Shown here: piece by piece, positions 60,270 through 64,000 of the stretch
Position numbering within the stretch: the first letter of the stretch is position 1
How the letters are laid out: each line of letters opens with the position of its first letter
Assembly: GCA_000092065.1 (NCBI GenBank)
Contig: CP000600.1
Strand: one strand, 5' to 3'
DNA: 64,000 nucleotides
From: Ostreococcus lucimarinus
Lineage: Eukaryota
Notes under the pieces: generated by a model
The model's database searches: none
Told to the model about the DNA's origin: nothing
The model's input: only the letters and a program-made list of their open reading frames with translations
Program-made: the position numbers and the translations under genes

Positions 60270-61376
60270 TCATCGCTGCGCGTGACGAAGTCGGCGTTCG
60301 CGCGATTCGAATGAGTCACACTCGCATGCGCGCCGTCTGAAGTTGTCCTCATCCAAGCGCGCTCGCTCTGTTTGATCACGGCAGCTCGTGCAACAGTACA
60401 CGGTATCGCCGCAGCGCTCGCACGCGATGAGGATGACGTGACACGACTTTCCGACGCACTTTGAAATTCGACCACTCGCGTCGCCGCATCCGTCGCACCA
60501 AGACGTCGATGGTAAGTCTTGACCGACAGGAGTCGAACCGCGCGCGTCGAAAACATAATTGGAGCCCTTGAATAAACCGTCACGTTCGTTTATTCCAGAC
60601 TTGGCGTACGCCACGATGCCGCCGGCTAGTTTACGAACGGTCCTCGGCCGCGAGCCCTCGGGTAGCCGCGTCGTCAAATACGTCGCCACCTTTTCGCACC
60701 GTACGCCTCCGGTGCAGAAAATATACAGGTCCTTATCCTTGATTTCTCTCTCGAGCACGCCATCGCGTGCCAGCCACTCCTTGAACTGCGAAAACCGGCG
60801 AATGGGCGCGCAAGTGCTGCCGAAAAAATGGCCAAGGCGGCTCTCGTAGAAATTTCGAACGTCCAATAAACTCGACTTCGTCGTATCTCGCGATCGAACC
60901 TCCGCCGCCCATTCCTCAGGCGTCAAACTTTGCACGCATTCTCCATCCACGCCCAAGTTCACTTCACCGAACGGACACAACTCGTCGACGACGCGCACGC
61001 TCAGCGTCTCGAAACAGTGCGCGCACCCCGGTTCGAGCTTATAGTCTACCCCGTACAGCGCCTGCTCGAGATCTGGCTCGCGCTCTAGAAACGACAAAAA
61101 TGCATTCATCGTCGTCGCATCGCTCGCAGCCGCAGTGGCGTTGATTCCCTCGCGCGCGAGACGGATTTTACCAGTCACTTCGGCTGGGGACAAAGTCGAC
61201 GCGAAATCGAGAATGCGACGCGCGACCGACGCTGGATCGCGTATAAGAGTGTACGAATAAAATAAAGCCACCACACCGCATCCACGGCAATCGCATCGCA
61301 AGCGAAAAGCGTCAGATTGGCCTCGAGGAGTCCGCCGTTTGTTGAGCATCACCGCCGCGCACTGAAGTCGGGACAC
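60270..61376 (-). CDS. Rhodanese-domain protein of the TrhO/YceA (UPF0176) family with a C-terminal Cys-rich extension.
   Basis: VALFYSYTLIRDPASVARRILDFASTL...GKIRLAREGINATAAAS (the N-terminal YceA domain). LLDVRNFYESRLGHFFG...DLYIFCTGGVRCEKVATYL (rhodanese with active-site Cys in CTGGVRCEK). C-terminal CDGCGD...CVGKSCH...CERCGDTVYCCTSC. Confidence 0.8.
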   Translation of the reverse strand: MSRLQCAAVMLNKRRTPRGQSDAFRLRCDCRGCGVVALFYSYTLIRDPASVARRILDFASTLSPAEVTGKIRLAREGINATAAASDATTMNAFLSFLEREPDLEQALYGVDYKLEPGCAHCFETLSVRVVDELCPFGEVNLGVDGECVQSLTPEEWAAEVRSRDTTKSSLLDVRNFYESRLGHFFGSTCAPIRRFSQFKEWLARDGVLEREIKDKDLYIFCTGGVRCEKVATYLTTRLPEGSRPRTVRKLAGGIVAYAKSGINERDGLFKGSNYVFDARGSTPVGQDLPSTSWCDGCGDASGRISKCVGKSCHVILIACERCGDTVYCCTSCRDQTERARLDEDNFRRRACECDSFESRERRLRHAQR

Positions 61377-61417
61377 GCCGGCGACGACGGCTTGCGCGTC
61401 GCTTCATTTCATTCGTT

Positions 61418-63937
61418 TTACAATTCTTCTACGTACGCCGCGGCGCCGAGTTCTAAGGGTTCGACCGCGACGGCTGCAGTTGGATGATTATCAGATTCGT
61501 GCATCGCGCGAGCGGCGGCGATGCGTCGAGCGGTGGGATCTTGGAAAACCTCGCCGTCTTGGAATTCCTCGCGAAGCGCGGCTCTTGTCCAAATCGCGCC
61601 GAGGAGGAGACGCCAGTGCAGGCAGGCTTCTTTGTATACCTTGGCCTCGATCGCGAGTCGGCGCGTTTCTTCGGCTTCTTCGTGTTTCGAGAGTAAGTCG
61701 TCTTTGAATTCTTCGCAGACGACGATACCGTTGAAGACGGGGAGCGTCTTGCCGCCGGCTTTGTACTCGAAACCGACGAGCGCGGGGGCATAGTCAATAC
61801 TCATCGATTTGGCGGTTTTTGCGATTCGCGGCAAGTTCACGTGCACGGTTCCCGGTGGTGGTAATGCATTACCGTACAAATCGACGTTTCCGCGATCGTT
61901 CTTCGGCACAAGACCGCCCACGGCGGCTGGAGGCGTCCAAGGTTCGGTTTGCCATTCGCCGTAGAGCGCAACGTCGCCGGGAATTCTCTGCGGATCGTCC
62001 GGACAATCGTCGTGCTCGGACATCGAGACGCGCCACTCTTCTGAGTCTAAGCGTTCTTTTGATCCTTCCGCTTGCGTCATGAACCAGCCTTCGCGCGCGC
62101 GCGTGAGAGCCTTGACGCGCGCCTGAGACGCTCTGCTGTGAATCTTGCGCACGGGCGAGTTCATCAACGTGTCGATGACGCGTCTTCTGCACTCGCTCTT
62201 CCAGCGCTCGGCGCTCTTCAACTCCTTCACACACGATCTCGGAAATACTGGTTCGCCGGCGATGAGACCTTTCACGGGATGTCGAGGGTGAATGCACTGT
62301 GATCGCGACAAAAAGCGCTCGACGACCCAGAGCGGATGATTTTTAATCTCAGTCATCGTCCCGGGCACGCGCTCTTTCGAGCTTCTCACGTCCATCTCGA
62401 ATAACTCTGTGGCATCAGCCGTTTCTACGACTTTCCGCAGCTCGGGTGAGGCATCGCGCGCGATCGCGTCGCGATGGATTCTTTCGACGTGCTCTGTGAT
62501 TTTCTCCCACCACTTCCAATCTGGCGTGCGGTGGTGCAATGCCTGTGAAAACGCCGCGGAGTACTTGCGTGTGACATCACGCGCGCCCGAATCGGCGTAA
62601 AACGCCACGACGTACGGCATAGACGACGTCGCATCCGCAGTCGTGCCACGTTTGCGATTGCCAAAAATAATCTCTGGAGCGTCCACCGATGCTCGCGTCG
62701 TCGGCACAACGCTCACCCAGCGAGCGTTTCCTTTGTCATTTGATTCCGCATCGTGTCGCGCGCACAACACCTCGCACCAGTGTCGGACAAGTCCTTCGCG
62801 ACGTCGCACAGTCTCTAACGGCAGTGGCTTAGGTGTATGCAGCACGCCCATGGATTCGAGTTTCGCTGCGCTCGCGCGAACCGGCACTGGCTCGAGCGAC
62901 GACACTACGCGACACATCAAACCCAAACCTTGACACAACGCCGCGAACAGCGCCGCGCACTCTTCTTCACTTATTTCAGTGCGACCTCGAAGCGCCCAAA
63001 GCGACGCAAGTCTTGCGGCGATACCACACGCGCTGCCTGTCGCGCCGGCGCTCGCGCGATGCATCGCCGCTCGAAACGCTAAGCGACGCCATCGAGCGTC
63101 CTTCACCGCCTTTTTCGCGCCTAAAACGTCATCACCATCGATCGCGATCGGCGGTGCTGTCGCATCGGCAAACCAATCTACTAATCTCGCCAGCGCACTC
63201 ACCTCAACCGTCGCCGTCGTAGTCGTGCACGCGTCCACCAACCGCCGCGGCGCGCACGACGTCACGAGCGCTCGCAAAATCTCGCTCGACGCCGCCGCCC
63301 GCACCAACCTACCGCGAGCCACTAAGCACATCACGTGCGTATGATGCGTCTCCAACAAATTCCTCCGCTCATCATCGCTCAATCGACGCGATTTCTTTTT
63401 CTTCTTCGTCGTCGACGCGTCGCCGCCGCCGCTCGCTCGCCCCACGTTTTCCGGCGCATCCTCCAACCCCACGCGTTCCTCCGGTTCAACGTCCGGGACG
63501 TACGCTCCGTAGTCACGCTCATCATCGACGTCATCCCACTCCTCTTCGCTGCTCTCGGCGTTCGTTTTCGCGTCGACGCCGCACGCGCCGACGTCGTCGT
63601 CCGTCGCCGCCGTCGACCCGTCGCCGCGCGCGAACGGCAGCGCCACTCCGAGCTGCGCCGCGATGGACGCCGCCGACCGCCCAGGGATCGTTCGCCGCGC
63701 CTCTGCGTCGTCGTTGACGCGCGCGCGCGCCGTCGTCGTCGCGTTTCCTTCCGCCAGCTGTGCTTTGTCATCGTCCCTTCGTCGACGCTTCTCGCGCTTC
63801 TCCAGCGTCGCCTCGACCGCACGCTTGGACGACGATCGCAGTGACGTCGCGTCGGCGCGGCGCGCCGCGTCCGCGTCTCGCATGACGCCGAAGCTTACGA
63901 CGACATGGAGCGGCACAAAGTGCCGCGTCGCGCGCAA
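61418..63937 (-). CDS. XPC: XPC/Rad4-family nucleotide-excision-repair protein (transglutaminase-like plus BHD domains).
   Basis: TEIKNHPLWVVERFLSRSQCIHP...GLIAGEPVFPRSCVKELKSAERWKSECRRR...ALYGEWQTEPWTPPAAVGGLVPKNDRGNVDLYG...NGIVVCEEFKDDLLSKHEEAE is colinear with the XPC C-terminal region ([20 protein letters not shown]...[25 protein letters not shown]...[30 protein letters not shown]...[21 protein letters not shown]). Confidence 0.85.
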   Translation of the reverse strand: MRATRHFVPLHVVVSFGVMRDADAARRADATSLRSSSKRAVEATLEKREKRRRRDDDKAQLAEGNATTTARARVNDDAEARRTIPGRSAASIAAQLGVALPFARGDGSTAATDDDVGACGVDAKTNAESSEEEWDDVDDERDYGAYVPDVEPEERVGLEDAPENVGRASGGGDASTTKKKKKSRRLSDDERRNLLETHHTHVMCLVARGRLVRAAASSEILRALVTSCAPRRLVDACTTTTATVEVSALARLVDWFADATAPPIAIDGDDVLGAKKAVKDARWRRLAFRAAMHRASAGATGSACGIAARLASLWALRGRTEISEEECAALFAALCQGLGLMCRVVSSLEPVPVRASAAKLESMGVLHTPKPLPLETVRRREGLVRHWCEVLCARHDAESNDKGNARWVSVVPTTRASVDAPEIIFGNRKRGTTADATSSMPYVVAFYADSGARDVTRKYSAAFSQALHHRTPDWKWWEKITEHVERIHRDAIARDASPELRKVVETADATELFEMDVRSSKERVPGTMTEIKNHPLWVVERFLSRSQCIHPRHPVKGLIAGEPVFPRSCVKELKSAERWKSECRRRVIDTLMNSPVRKIHSRASQARVKALTRAREGWFMTQAEGSKERLDSEEWRVSMSEHDDCPDDPQRIPGDVALYGEWQTEPWTPPAAVGGLVPKNDRGNVDLYGNALPPPGTVHVNLPRIAKTAKSMSIDYAPALVGFEYKAGGKTLPVFNGIVVCEEFKDDLLSKHEEAEETRRLAIEAKVYKEACLHWRLLLGAIWTRAALREEFQDGEVFQDPTARRIAAARAMHESDNHPTAAVAVEPLELGAAAYVEEL

Positions 63938-64000
63938 AAGTTTTCTCTCTTCGCTCGCGCGCGCGGGACGCGCGCGACGCGCGCGACGCGCGCGAGATAT

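Overview
This window is nuclear DNA from a compact, GC-rich photosynthetic eukaryote, not a prokaryotic locus. By inference it is a green picoalga of the Mamiellophyceae type (Micromonas/Ostreococcus-like), with roughly one gene per 1.5 kb. I found about 45 protein-coding genes on both strands, most intronless or with one or two short GT-AG introns. Many are organelle-targeted and carry Arg/Ala/Ser-rich N-terminal extensions (isoamylase, lumazine synthase, COQ2, MurE-like ligase, MPP-beta, NDUFB2, a MenA-like prenyltransferase, TPI, acetylglutamate kinase, TauE, bL20). The rest are ordinary nuclear housekeeping genes (eS8, SAR1, SHMT, SPF45, a SUZ12/VEFS protein, coilin-like, Nup133-like, ZW10-like, XPC/Rad4, ArfGAP, RING E3, a mitochondrial carrier, a G3P transporter). 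Four genes could be spliced by hand with the exon frames confirmed by homology (eS8, SAR1, MPP-beta, a thioredoxin-like gene). I saw no rRNA, tRNA, CRISPR or transposon. Base composition is bimodal: divergent 5' junctions and low-complexity linkers are CGCG-rich, conserved coding cores are about 55% GC, and convergent 3' junctions are AT-rich. Because of the high GC, the six-frame track is full of long spurious antisense or low-complexity ORFs; those are listed as rejected. I found no multi-gene 'system' in the prokaryotic sense. The items most worth a second look are: an SF2-helicase/W2-domain fusion protein (5092..8109); a thioredoxin-fold membrane protein with CGPC replaced by SPSS (4054..4922); a large lower-GC Cys-rich secreted protein with no recognisable family (33779..36013); a roughly 40% GC island flanked by two lineage-specific membrane-protein genes (55740..56300); and a Met-less open exon at about 30222..30453. 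Coordinates of hand-derived splice sites may be off by 1-2 nt.
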